Shown: positions 33,965-43,493, numbered from the stretch's first letter. The stretch: DNA of 64,000 nt from an uncultured delta proteobacterium (GCA_963727485.1 CAVSGM010000011.1:896001-960000); one strand, 5' to 3'. The notes: generated by a model not told the origin, from the sequence alone. Numbers and translations: made by a program.

Positions 33965-34606
33965 TCAGAACAACCGGAACTCGAGCCCCAGCCACCCCTC
34001 GGCCTGGAGCCACACCCCGCCGACCCAGCCGCCGCCGGTCTCGAAGCGCGGGCCAATCTTCCCGTAGACCACGATGTTCATGTCCGGGGTCATGGCGTAC
34101 TCGAGGCCGAGGCCCGCGAGCACCGGCACCACCGCGCCGCCGCCGTAGCCCCAGCTCCACAGGAACGGGATCTCCACGGTGAAGAAGGTGGTGTAGCTCG
34201 GGTGTGGCCGCATCCCCAGGGCGATGCCCGGCGTGAGGCGCAGCCCGGTGTTGGGCACGTTGTTGGGCTCGGCGTAGGTGAGCCCGCTGTCGAGCCAGAG
34301 CCCGAAGTCGGTGGTCAGCGCCAGGTTGTACTCGTCGGCGTTGATGAAGCTCCACCGGATGTGGAACACCGGCTGGGCGGTGCCCTTGAGGTAGTCGACC
34401 GAGAGCCCGTAGCCGAAGTCGAAGTCGCCGGGCTGGCCCTGCATGTAGAGGACCCCGAGGTTCGGCAGGCCCAGCCAGGTCTGCACCGCCTGGGTCCCCT
34501 CGCCGAGGCCCGAGCCGTCCATGGTGGAGAACACGCTCGCCCGGCTCGCCCGGGGGAGGGCGGCGACGAGGCTGGCGACGAGGACGGTGAGCGCGAGCTT
34601 TCGCAT
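33965..34606 (-). CDS. Exported protein, probable small outer-membrane beta-barrel
   Basis: Signal peptide, amphipathic strands, C-terminus WLGLEFRLF. Confidence 0.7.
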   Translation of the reverse strand: MRKLALTVLVASLVAALPRASRASVFSTMDGSGLGEGTQAVQTWLGLPNLGVLYMQGQPGDFDFGYGLSVDYLKGTAQPVFHIRWSFINADEYNLALTTDFGLWLDSGLTYAEPNNVPNTGLRLTPGIALGMRPHPSYTTFFTVEIPFLWSWGYGGGAVVPVLAGLGLEYAMTPDMNIVVYGKIGPRFETGGGWVGGVWLQAEGWLGLEFRLF

Positions 34607-35134
34607 CTAGAACCAGTAGTGGAGGCCCAGGGTGATCGAGCCGGTGGTCGTGAGGAGCGGGGGGTTGGGGAGCGCCGGGTTCTGGGCGCCGGTGCCGAAG
34701 CGCGCCGCGCCCCCGAGGCCGAACTCGGTGAAGATCTCGAGGTTCTCCGAGCCCGGCGGGTAGTAGGCGATGCCCGGGCCCACGAAGTAGGCGAAGTCGT
34801 GGAGCCCGTAGGTGCCCACGGTGGGGAGGACCATGGCCGTGAGGTAGAAGTTGAGGTGCTGCTCGGGGACCAGGATGAGCAGCGCCTTGCCCCCGAAGCT
34901 CAGGGCGAAGTACCCGTTGTCGAGGGTGAAGCCGATGAGCGCGGCGAACTCCGCGTTGGGCGCCGCGGCGAACTTCGCCGAGAGCACCAGCGGGGGTGAC
35001 GCCGGCTGGATGGGGTCCGCCTGGAAGCCCAGGGCGAGGACGTGGCTGGTGTTGTCCTTCGCCTGGGCGCTCCCGGGGATGGCGAGCGCGGCGAGAAGGA
35101 CGGCGAGACCGAGGACAGGCCCGTGCCGAAGCAT
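34607..35134 (-). CDS. Exported protein, probable small outer-membrane beta-barrel
   Basis: Signal ending AQA, strands, C-terminus LGLHYWF; stop abuts the next ATG. Confidence 0.7.
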   Translation of the reverse strand: MLRHGPVLGLAVLLAALAIPGSAQAKDNTSHVLALGFQADPIQPASPPLVLSAKFAAAPNAEFAALIGFTLDNGYFALSFGGKALLILVPEQHLNFYLTAMVLPTVGTYGLHDFAYFVGPGIAYYPPGSENLEIFTEFGLGGAARFGTGAQNPALPNPPLLTTTGSITLGLHYWF

Positions 35135-35178
35135 GGCCACCGGCTTACCAGACGGGCGGCGGCAAGGCGAGGGGGCCG

Positions 35179-35676
35179 TCACATCCCCTGCTCGCGGGCC
35201 TCTTCGGCCTGGCGCGCGCGCTCGGTGGCCCTCTGGATGGCGGCGGCCTCGGCGGCGTCCTTCACGTGCTGCTGGTGGACGAACCAGGCGATGGTGCCGC
35301 CGCCGGCGCCGAGGACCAGGAGGCCCACCACCGCGGCCCAGATCCACATCGGCGGCCCGCGGCGGGTGAGGTGGAGCTCGGTGTCCATGACCGGGCCGTG
35401 GCCGCCGAGGCCCCGGTTGTAGCCCCGGTGGCCCAGGCAATCGAGGGTGGGCGTCGCGCCGCCGGCCCGGGCCTGCGCCTCGCGCTCCTTCTTCGAGAGG
35501 AAGGCGTCGGCGTCGAGGCCGCCGGCCCCGTGGACCCGGCCGGTGGGCGCCGCGCCGCGGCTGCCCAGCTCGTCGAAGTCGAGGTCGAGGGCCCGGCGCT
35601 GGACCCGCGTGGCCTGCTCCTCCACCGCCTCGAGGTCGAGCTCGTCCCCGAAGCCGTCGTCGTCACGGTGTCCCAT
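35179..35676 (-). CDS. Hypothetical single-pass membrane protein
   Basis: Acidic N-terminus, TM WIWAAVVGLLVLGAGGGTIAWFV, short coiled C-terminus. Confidence 0.65.
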   Translation of the reverse strand: MGHRDDDGFGDELDLEAVEEQATRVQRRALDLDFDELGSRGAAPTGRVHGAGGLDADAFLSKKEREAQARAGGATPTLDCLGHRGYNRGLGGHGPVMDTELHLTRRGPPMWIWAAVVGLLVLGAGGGTIAWFVHQQHVKDAAEAAAIQRATERARQAEEAREQGM

Positions 35677-35954
35677 GGGGCCATTCTAGCCGAGGCGGGC
35701 GGGGGATGCTCCGTCCAGGGTCGCGACAGGGGGGCGGCAATCGTGCAGTCCCCGGTCGATCGGCGAGTTGGTTCACAAGTCACTGAAATCAGTGGGAAAG
35801 GCTCGCGCAGCGGGCCCCGGGGTGCGGGGCGATCACCCGCCGGGGCGGGCAAAGTGTGACAGGCTGGCTCACCTCGGCCCGGGAACCAACTGATCAGGTG
35901 CCCTGAATCTCCCATGATCCTGGGAGGTTCCCGGCGCCGGAGCGGCGTGGGGGA

Positions 35955-35970
35955 TGGCACGACCCTTGCC
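35955..35970 (+). promoter_or_regulatory. Sigma54 -24/-12 promoter
   Basis: TGGCAC-GACCC-TTGC, exact consensus spacing, about 30 bp before ATG 36000. Confidence 0.75.
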
Positions 35971-35999
35971 TTGTGACGAGACACCTGGAGGATCGTCAC

Positions 36000-38003
36000 A
36001 TGGACTACGCACCGCTTCTCGTCGTCGAGCCCGACACCGCCACCCGGAACCTCCTGCTCGCCGGGCTCCGGTCCGCCGGGGTTCCCGCCCTCGGGGCCCG
36101 GTCGGCCTACGACGCCCTGACCTGGTGCACCGAGCTGGTCCCCGGGCTGGTGGTCGCCGAGTCGCGTCTCCCCGACGTCGAGGGTGAGGAGCTGGTCCGG
36201 CGCATCCGGGAGGAGAAGCCCACCCGGACCGTGCCCTTCTTCTTCCTCACCGGCGACGGGGAGCTGGACCTCGACGCGGTCGAGTCCATGGGCGCCCAGG
36301 ACGTCCTCCACAAGCCCGCCTTCGTCCGGGACCTGGTCACCCTGGCGCACCTCCACGGCGGCCGCCCGGCGAAGGTCCCGGTGGTCGACGGACGCCTCGA
36401 GGCCGTGGGCCTGCCCCACCTCCTGCGCCTGCTCACCACCGGCCGCCGGTCCGGGCGGGTGGTCCTCTCGGAGCACGCCGGCGAGATCCGCTTCCGCGCC
36501 GGCCGCCTGGTCGCCGCCAGCTACCGGGACCGCCAGGGCGAGGCCGCGCTCCTGCGCCTCCTCACCCTCACCCACGGCGCCTTCCACGTGAGCTATGAGG
36601 ACGTGTCCGCCGAGGACGGCCTCGCCATGACCGTCGACGACCTCTTCGCCCGGGGCTTCACCCACGTGCGCACCTGGGAGCAGGTGGCCCGGACCCTCGG
36701 GCCCCTCAATCGCCCGCGGGTCATCGACTTCCAGACCCTCGGCGTCCGCCTCGGCGAGCTCCCCGACGCGGTGAACTCGGTCCTCCGGCGCTTCGACGGT
36801 GAGCGGACCATCGGGACCGTCGTCGACGAGTCCCTCCTCGGCGACCTCACCACCCTCCGGGTGGTCGCCAAGCTCAATCGCATGGGCATCCTCCGGAGCC
36901 CCGAGGCGGCGGCCCGCGCCCGGAACTCCGACGCGCCCACCGCCACCGACCGGCTCCTCGAGGGCCTCTTCGGCGACGCGGGCCTCCCGGCGCTGGCCGG
37001 GGCGACCGCCGCCCGGGTCGCCGTCCTCCCGGACTGGACCGAGCGCGGCGAAGACTGGAACGCCATCCTCCCCGACGTCCCCGAACACGAGGATCCCTGG
37101 CAGGCCCTGAAGGCCACCGAGGAGACCCTCGCCGACCTCGCCGCCGTCGACGCCCCGGACCTGGAGCAGCTCGGGGACACCCCGGTGGACCGGATCCGCG
37201 CCGAGTCCGAGGCCGCCGTCGGGGCGCCGGCCGCCGAGGTCCCGGCCGCCGACGCCTTCGAGGACGCCGACCACGACTTCTTCGCCCGCCCGGCCACCGC
37301 CGACGTCGACCCCGTGGCGCCCAGGCACCTGCCGGTCTTCGCCCTGACCCTCGGGGCGCTGGCGGTGGTGGTGCTGGTCGCCGCGGTGCTCATGGCCCGC
37401 CACGTGTCGACCCTGGCGGCGCCGGCGAAGGCCCACGCGAAGGTCGCGAAGGTCACCCGGGCCGCGCCGGTGAAGGCCGCGGGGATGGTCCTCCCGGCCA
37501 TGAACGCCGGCCCGGCGGCGAAGACCCCGGCGCCCGCGGCGAAGACAGTCGCCGTCGCCGACCTCGCCGGTGCCGCAACCGTGGCGGGGCCCGCCGCCGC
37601 GAAGCCCGCCGCCAAGCCCGCGCCGCCGCCGGCCAAGCCCGCCGCCGCCCTCCCGAGCCTCCTCGACGCCGGCCAGAAGGCCTACGCCGCCGGCCACCTC
37701 GCCGACGCCGCGCGCCTCTACCGGAAGGCCATCGCCCAGGCCCCGAAGAACGCCGTGGCCCACCTCGGCCTCGGCCTGGCCCTCCTCGACGACGGCAAGA
37801 CCGACGCGGCCATCTCCGCCCTCAAGACCGCCCGCACCCTCGACCCGAAGGCGGCCCGGGGCGCGGTGCTCCTGGGGACGGCCTACCAGCTCGCCGGCAA
37901 CCGCGCCGAGGCCACCAAGGCCTACCAGGACTACCTGACGCTCGCCCCGGGCGGCGCCCAGGCCAAGGACGTCCAGGCCATCCTCGCCGGCTGGGCGAAG
38001 TAG
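36000..38003 (+). CDS. Pseudo-receiver + DUF4388-like + TM + TPR protein
   Basis: LLVVEPD..PGLVVAESRLP..FLT..KP receiver; GRL..LPHLLRLL..RRSGRV DUF4388-like; one TM; Ala/Pro/Lys linker; TPRs. Confidence 0.82.
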   Translation: MDYAPLLVVEPDTATRNLLLAGLRSAGVPALGARSAYDALTWCTELVPGLVVAESRLPDVEGEELVRRIREEKPTRTVPFFFLTGDGELDLDAVESMGAQDVLHKPAFVRDLVTLAHLHGGRPAKVPVVDGRLEAVGLPHLLRLLTTGRRSGRVVLSEHAGEIRFRAGRLVAASYRDRQGEAALLRLLTLTHGAFHVSYEDVSAEDGLAMTVDDLFARGFTHVRTWEQVARTLGPLNRPRVIDFQTLGVRLGELPDAVNSVLRRFDGERTIGTVVDESLLGDLTTLRVVAKLNRMGILRSPEAAARARNSDAPTATDRLLEGLFGDAGLPALAGATAARVAVLPDWTERGEDWNAILPDVPEHEDPWQALKATEETLADLAAVDAPDLEQLGDTPVDRIRAESEAAVGAPAAEVPAADAFEDADHDFFARPATADVDPVAPRHLPVFALTLGALAVVVLVAAVLMARHVSTLAAPAKAHAKVAKVTRAAPVKAAGMVLPAMNAGPAAKTPAPAAKTVAVADLAGAATVAGPAAAKPAAKPAPPPAKPAAALPSLLDAGQKAYAAGHLADAARLYRKAIAQAPKNAVAHLGLGLALLDDGKTDAAISALKTARTLDPKAARGAVLLGTAYQLAGNRAEATKAYQDYLTLAPGGAQAKDVQAILAGWAK

Positions 38004-40175
38004 CTAGAACTTCGCCTCCAGCGAGAGCCAGAACCAGTTCTCGGGGTTGGGGTAGCGCTGCTGGGTGCTGGCGCGCTGGTCCAGCCACAGGACCAGGTCG
38101 TAGCGCACGCCCACCGTGTACTTCTTGTCGAAGCGGTAGGCGGCCTCGACGTAGCTCCCCAGGCTCTCCTCGAGGTACGTCGGGTCGAAGATGTCCTGGT
38201 AGAGGTAACGGCTGCGCAGGGTGAGGCGCAGCTGGTCCAGGGGCTTGTAGCGGACGATGAGCCAGGCCGAGGCGTCCTGGCGAAACGCGTTGTCGTAGTG
38301 GGTGTCGTCGAGGAGCTGGTGCTCGTACTGCACCGACACCGAGAGGGTCTTCGTGGGCTGCCACCGGGCCCGGGCGATGGCCTGGTACTCCTCGCCGCTG
38401 CAGGGGATCGACTGGCCGTTGGGATCGGTCTGGTTCGAGACCGAGTAGCACTGGTTGCGGCCGCCCACCGCCAGGTTCTTGTTCTCGTACTTGAGCCAGA
38501 GCCCGGCCTGCCACTGGTCGGTGAGGTCGTAGTCGGTGTGCTCGTAGACCAGCAGGTTGGAGACCCCGGTGGTCGGGGTCACCCAGAGGTCGCCCAGGGC
38601 CCGGACGTTGAGGCGCCCGGTGGGCGCCCCGGCGTAGGAGAGCCGCAGCCCCGCCTCGTCCTGGGCGCGCAGGCCGTTGCTCTCGTCGGCGGCGGAGATG
38701 GGCCGGGCGTGGGGGTTGGCGAAGCCGGGGCCGTAGTAGCGCAGGTCGGCCTCGATCTGGTTCTTCTTCCAGCTCGCCGTGGAGCGCAAGAGCGCCCCCA
38801 TGCCCCCGCCGCCCCCGGGCATGGAGTCGAAGGAGCGGGTGACCTCGGCGAAGACGTCGAGGAGACCCCGGCCCCAGGCGGCGTCGGCGCCCACCGCCCC
38901 GAAGGGCCCCCCATAGGGGACGGGCGCCCACTCCTGGAAGTCGAGGGACGCCCCGGGGACAAGCCAGCTCACCGTGGAGGCGTAGCCGGTGACCCCCACG
39001 TGGGCCCGCTCGCCGAAGCCGTAGGTGACGTTGGCGCCGCCGAGGGTCTCCTCGTAGGCGTCCGGGAGGGTCTGGTAGGAGAAGCGGGCCTGGGGCGCGG
39101 TGGCGCTCCCGTCGAAGACGTAGACCGGCGGAGCGGCGCAGCTCGGGTCCTTGTTGTTGGTCGGGTCCGAGCACTTGGTGGGGTCGTAGACCTCGTACTG
39201 GTAGATGGAGTTCGATTGGCTGGAGAAGAAGGCGTAGGCCTGCAGCTTCCCCGGCCCGAGCGAGAGGTCGTGGAAGCCCGCGGCCACGCCCCGGAGCCGG
39301 TCGGTCCACTTGTAGTCCGGGGTGACGTACTGGGAGCCGGCCTGCCCGGTGCACGGCGAGGTGGCGAGGTCGCCGGCGGACTCCCGGCAGCCCGTCACCA
39401 GGGCGCTGTCCCGGTAGACCGTGTCGTCGGCCTGGAACCCGTTGGGCGTGAGGTCGCTGGTGGTGTCGAAGGTGAGCCGCTGCCCGAAGCCGATGCGGTA
39501 GGTCCCGGCGATGGCCCCCCAGTCGCCCTGCTGCCACTGGGCGTAGTACTTGCGCAGCTGCAGCTCGGGGACCGCGGCGGTGGCCTCGAGGCGGCCCCGG
39601 GTGGCGTCGAAGGTGACCCCGCCGATGCGGTTTCGGGTCACGAAGAAGGCGGCGCCGGCCTGGAGGTGTGAGAGGGTGTTCACCCGGCCCTGGAGGGCCA
39701 TGGTGGGCAGGCGCGCGTCCCCGAGGACGTCGTAGGTCTGGTACTTCACGTCGCCCGTGGTGGCGAAGTGCATCGCCGGCTTCGCCGGCCCCTCGGTCAC
39801 CAGGAAGGCGGCGATGGCCGCGGCCTTGCGCTTGGTGAGCACCCCCGCGGTCACCAGGGACGCCGGGTCGGAGATGTGCCCCACGTCCTTGCGGTAGGCG
39901 AGGATGGCGTCGACGTCGGCGTAGGTGAGGTTCGGGAGCCGGTAGAGCTCGTCCCGGCTCGCGGTGTTGAGATCCACCCCGGACCGCATCAGCTCGATGA
40001 GGGTGTTGAAGGTGGTCTGGCCAATCTCGTCCTGGTTGAGCAGGTCGTAGAGATCCTGCTCGGTGTCGACGTCGACGAAGGTCTCGTACTGGGCGGCGAA
40101 GGCCGGGGCCGCGCGGAGCCAGAGGAGGAGGACGAGGAGGGCGTAGGGCGAGAGACGACGGATCACTGGAAGCAT
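38004..40175 (-). CDS. ComEA-like helix-hairpin-helix domain fused to a large outer-membrane beta-barrel
   Basis: Sec signal (..PAFA), VDLNTASRDELYRLPNL..AILAYRKDVG, about 600 aa of aromatic-rich amphipathic strands, terminal WLSLEAKF. Confidence 0.8.
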   Translation of the reverse strand: MLPVIRRLSPYALLVLLLWLRAAPAFAAQYETFVDVDTEQDLYDLLNQDEIGQTTFNTLIELMRSGVDLNTASRDELYRLPNLTYADVDAILAYRKDVGHISDPASLVTAGVLTKRKAAAIAAFLVTEGPAKPAMHFATTGDVKYQTYDVLGDARLPTMALQGRVNTLSHLQAGAAFFVTRNRIGGVTFDATRGRLEATAAVPELQLRKYYAQWQQGDWGAIAGTYRIGFGQRLTFDTTSDLTPNGFQADDTVYRDSALVTGCRESAGDLATSPCTGQAGSQYVTPDYKWTDRLRGVAAGFHDLSLGPGKLQAYAFFSSQSNSIYQYEVYDPTKCSDPTNNKDPSCAAPPVYVFDGSATAPQARFSYQTLPDAYEETLGGANVTYGFGERAHVGVTGYASTVSWLVPGASLDFQEWAPVPYGGPFGAVGADAAWGRGLLDVFAEVTRSFDSMPGGGGGMGALLRSTASWKKNQIEADLRYYGPGFANPHARPISAADESNGLRAQDEAGLRLSYAGAPTGRLNVRALGDLWVTPTTGVSNLLVYEHTDYDLTDQWQAGLWLKYENKNLAVGGRNQCYSVSNQTDPNGQSIPCSGEEYQAIARARWQPTKTLSVSVQYEHQLLDDTHYDNAFRQDASAWLIVRYKPLDQLRLTLRSRYLYQDIFDPTYLEESLGSYVEAAYRFDKKYTVGVRYDLVLWLDQRASTQQRYPNPENWFWLSLEAKF

Positions 40176-40660
40176 GGGCCTCCCGTACAGGCGCCCCACA
40201 TGCCGCGGAGCTGCTGCTGGGCCGTGGACTGCATCTGCTGGTACGAGGACACCTTGTCGGTGCCGGCGGGGGGGATGTAGTCCACGCAGGCGTAGCCGCG
40301 TTGGACCTCGAGGGCGTTGACCGATTGGCCGCCGACGCTCACGTAGGCGAGGGTCCGGCCGAAGCGGTCGGTGCACTGCTTGGGGTCGTAGGTGAGCTGG
40401 ACGTCCTTGCCCTGGACCAGATCGACGTTGTAGGCCCGCGCCTCCTGCCCGTAGCAGTCATGGTGGCCCTTGGTGATCTCCTGGGCGTTGATGAGCAGGT
40501 AGCGGATCTTGGTGCCGTCGGCCATGACGATGGTGTCGCCGTCGATGACCTGCTGCACCACCCCGTGGGACGGACCGCAGGCCTTGGGGCCACCGCAGCC
40601 GGTGGCCCACAGCACCAGACCCATCAGCCCGGCGAGGACGACTGGCGCTCGCTGGCTCAC
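40163..40660 (-). CDS. Thermonuclease (SNase) family lipoprotein
   Basis: WATGC lipobox, VIDGDT, IRYLLINAQE, DRFGRTLAYV, RGMW. Confidence 0.9.
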   Translation of the reverse strand: MSQRAPVVLAGLMGLVLWATGCGGPKACGPSHGVVQQVIDGDTIVMADGTKIRYLLINAQEITKGHHDCYGQEARAYNVDLVQGKDVQLTYDPKQCTDRFGRTLAYVSVGGQSVNALEVQRGYACVDYIPPAGTDKVSSYQQMQSTAQQQLRGMWGACTGGPCFQ

Positions 40661-42318
40661 GGGCAGGCGACGTTCACGGTCCCGGGGGTCCCCAGGTCCC
40701 CGTCGCCGTAGGCGCTGGTCCCCGGGCACCACTTGCCACCGGCGGGATCGAGCTGGGTGGAGGCGCCGCTGGTGGAGCTCTGCCAGGTCGTGGAGTCGAG
40801 GAGCTGGCCCCCCTCGGCGAGGAAGAGCCCGCCGCTGGAGTTGGTGAGCCCGAAGGAGAAGGGCTCGTCCACCTTGGGGATCCCACCGTTGGTGGTGGTG
40901 TCGGTGTCGTGGGCGAAGACCAGGTAGGTGCCGGCGGTGACGTGGATGCACTTGGGCCCGTCGAGGGTGTCCTGGACGGTGATGGTGTTGGGGTCGCTGC
41001 CGAGCTGGAGGCCGTTCAGGTCCACGTCGGCGTTGGCCTTCACCTCGAACCACTCGCCGCTGGCGTCGCTGACCTTGGAGGGGTTGGCCATGTACTCGGT
41101 GATGGTCAGGTCACCGACCTTGGGCGGGACGATGGGGCGCACCGTGCCCGCGTCGTCGCACGAGCCGGCCGGGACCACCGGGGGGCAGGCGGGGTTGACG
41201 GCGCCGGGGGTGCCCAGGTCGCCGTCCCCGTAGGCGTCCACCGCCGGGCACCAGTTGGCCGGATCGTCGTTGGCCGTGGGGTCGGTCTTGGTGGGGTCGA
41301 GGGAGAGCGAGGCGCCGGTGGGCGAGCTGGTCCACTGCACCTGGTCGAGGACCGCGCCGTCCCGGCCGATGAACACGCTGCCGCCGGAGTTGGTGAGCCC
41401 GAAGGAGAACATCCCGTCGACCTGGGGCAGCCCACCGTTGACCGTGGGATCGGTGCCGTGGGCGAAGACCAGGTAGCTGCCGGCGGTGGCGTGGAGGCAG
41501 GTGGGATCGGAGAGGGTGACCTTGGGCGAGCCGGGGGTGGTGCCCATCTGGAGACCGTTGAGGTCGACGTCCTTCTCCACCGCCACCTCGAACCACTCGC
41601 CGTTGGAGTCGCTGACCTTGTCGGGGTTGGGCATCACCTCGGAGATGACCAGGTCGCCGGGCTGGGGCGCCACGATGTCCCGGGCGGTGCCGCCGTCGGT
41701 GCACTGGGTGGGGCTGGGGCCGCCGGCGCAGACCTCGTTGGCCTGGCCCGGGGAGCCAAAGGAGCCGGTGGTGTACTCGTTGGTGGAGTTGCACCAGTTG
41801 TTGGGGTCGTCGTTGGCCTTGTAGTCCGGGGCGCTGGCGCCCGAGAGCTGCCAGGAGATGCCGCTGCTCATCGAGGAGTAGGTGACCTCGTCGATGGTGG
41901 CGGCGGCGCAGGTGATGGCGATGCGCCCGTCGGTGTTGCGCAGGCTCCCCAGGTTGTTGCCGTAGGAGAGCTTCTCGAAGGTCGGCAGGCTCTTGGGGTC
42001 GGCGTCGCCCACCACGAAGTAGCCCCCGGCGGGGATGGTGCCCGAGGGGATCACGTAGTCCTTCTCGCCGCTCTTGTCGGCCTTGCTCACCCCGAGCTGC
42101 ACCCCGGCGAGGTTCGCCGCGGTGCTCTTGGCGTTGTAGATCTCGAACCACTCGTTGCCGGTGTCGGTCCCGGCGGGGTTGGCCATGATCTCGCTGATGA
42201 CCAGGTCGCCGGGGAGGTAGCCCTTGCAGGTGGGGGCGCTCGGCTTGGGGGGGCCACAGCTCGCCAGGGCGAGGAGTCCTGTGAGGGCGCCGACGAAGAG
42301 GCGGGGAAGTCGGGTCAT
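40657..42318 (-). CDS. Lipoprotein with three lamin-tail-like domains
   Basis: LALASC lipobox; three GDL.I(S/T)E.M.NP....D..EWFE repeats each ending G(S/T)PG..N..C. Confidence 0.85.
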   Translation of the reverse strand: MTRLPRLFVGALTGLLALASCGPPKPSAPTCKGYLPGDLVISEIMANPAGTDTGNEWFEIYNAKSTAANLAGVQLGVSKADKSGEKDYVIPSGTIPAGGYFVVGDADPKSLPTFEKLSYGNNLGSLRNTDGRIAITCAAATIDEVTYSSMSSGISWQLSGASAPDYKANDDPNNWCNSTNEYTTGSFGSPGQANEVCAGGPSPTQCTDGGTARDIVAPQPGDLVISEVMPNPDKVSDSNGEWFEVAVEKDVDLNGLQMGTTPGSPKVTLSDPTCLHATAGSYLVFAHGTDPTVNGGLPQVDGMFSFGLTNSGGSVFIGRDGAVLDQVQWTSSPTGASLSLDPTKTDPTANDDPANWCPAVDAYGDGDLGTPGAVNPACPPVVPAGSCDDAGTVRPIVPPKVGDLTITEYMANPSKVSDASGEWFEVKANADVDLNGLQLGSDPNTITVQDTLDGPKCIHVTAGTYLVFAHDTDTTTNGGIPKVDEPFSFGLTNSSGGLFLAEGGQLLDSTTWQSSTSGASTQLDPAGGKWCPGTSAYGDGDLGTPGTVNVACP

Positions 42319-43493
42319 GGGATCACCTTGGATCGGGCCGACACCTCGGGGGGTGGGGCCATGCGGGGGAGGCCGGGCACCGGCGCGCCGACGACCTGGC
42401 TCGGCAGATCGACGACGATCTCGAGGTTGGTGCGGCCGGTGTAGTGGTTGTGGTAGCGGGTCACCTCGCCGGTGACCTCGACGAACTCGCGCTGGTACTG
42501 GCCGATGTTCGAGACGCCGTAGACGTCCTTGTCGAAGAACACGAGGGGGAAGAGCTCGTGCATCCGCCGGGCGAGGAAGACCAGGGTGGGGCCCCGGTCT
42601 CCGAGCTTGATCTTCGCCACCGTGCCCAGGATCGTGACCTTCCGGCCCACCAGCTGGCCGAGGCGCTTGAAGGCGTCCCAGTGGGTGAGCTCGACGTAGC
42701 TCGGGTGCGTCTTCATCTTCGCCTCGAAGTCGCGGATGAAGTCGCCCCGGGCGTTCCACCAGGCGAGGCGGGCCGGGTAGTCGGGGTAGTGCCTCCGGGA
42801 CGGGTCCCAGATGCCCCGGTGCTCGGCCCGGGCGGCGGCCTGGGCCCGGCGGAAGGCGGCGTCGAAGCGCCGGGAGTAGCCGTACTTGGTGAAGTAGGGG
42901 GTCATCCCGGCGCGGACGGCGGCGAGGTTGTAGTTCACCCACCGCCCGTCCTTCTTGGCGAAGACGTAGACCAGGTACCGGTCGTAGAAGCCGCGGATCT
43001 CCTGGGGGTCGTCGCGCTCGAGGCGCACCGTGGTCACCCCGGTGAAGAACCGCTCGGCCCAGCGCTTGGCGTCCATGCCCAGGGGCGTGGCGTACTTCGC
43101 CGGGCGCAGCTTGTGGCCCTGGATCACCTGCTTGTAGTGCGCCCAGCCGGTCTGGAACAGGCGCCGCTCCTTCTTGTGCTTGAAGGTCTCCTCGGTGTCG
43201 ATGGCCAGGAGGCGCAGGGTGGTCCTGAGGCCCTTGACCCGGATGGTGTCCCCGTCGATGACCGCCCGGCCGGGGTCGAGGGGGAACTCGCCGAGGACCA
43301 GCCCCGGCTTCTCCATCCGCGCGAGGGTGTCCTGGAGCTTCGCCCGGGTGTAGCGGTGGTGGCGCCCGGACCCCGCGGGCCCGGCGCAGCCCGTCACCCC
43401 GAGGGCGAGGGCCAGGGCCCCCAGCACGCCCGCCCGGCCTCGGCGGCCTTGCGGGGCGCAGCTAGGACGTTGGATGCTGGGGATCCCGACCAC
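42315..43493 (-). CDS. Thermonuclease lipoprotein with C-terminal OB-fold-like domain; start uncertain
   Basis: VTGC lipobox, VIDGDT, LRLLAIDTEET, YDRYLVYV, RGIW, then VGRKVTILGTV...VEVTGEV. Confidence 0.85.
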   Translation of the reverse strand: MVGIPSIQRPSCAPQGRRGRAGVLGALALALGVTGCAGPAGSGRHHRYTRAKLQDTLARMEKPGLVLGEFPLDPGRAVIDGDTIRVKGLRTTLRLLAIDTEETFKHKKERRLFQTGWAHYKQVIQGHKLRPAKYATPLGMDAKRWAERFFTGVTTVRLERDDPQEIRGFYDRYLVYVFAKKDGRWVNYNLAAVRAGMTPYFTKYGYSRRFDAAFRRAQAAARAEHRGIWDPSRRHYPDYPARLAWWNARGDFIRDFEAKMKTHPSYVELTHWDAFKRLGQLVGRKVTILGTVAKIKLGDRGPTLVFLARRMHELFPLVFFDKDVYGVSNIGQYQREFVEVTGEVTRYHNHYTGRTNLEIVVDLPSQVVGAPVPGLPRMAPPPEVSARSKVIP

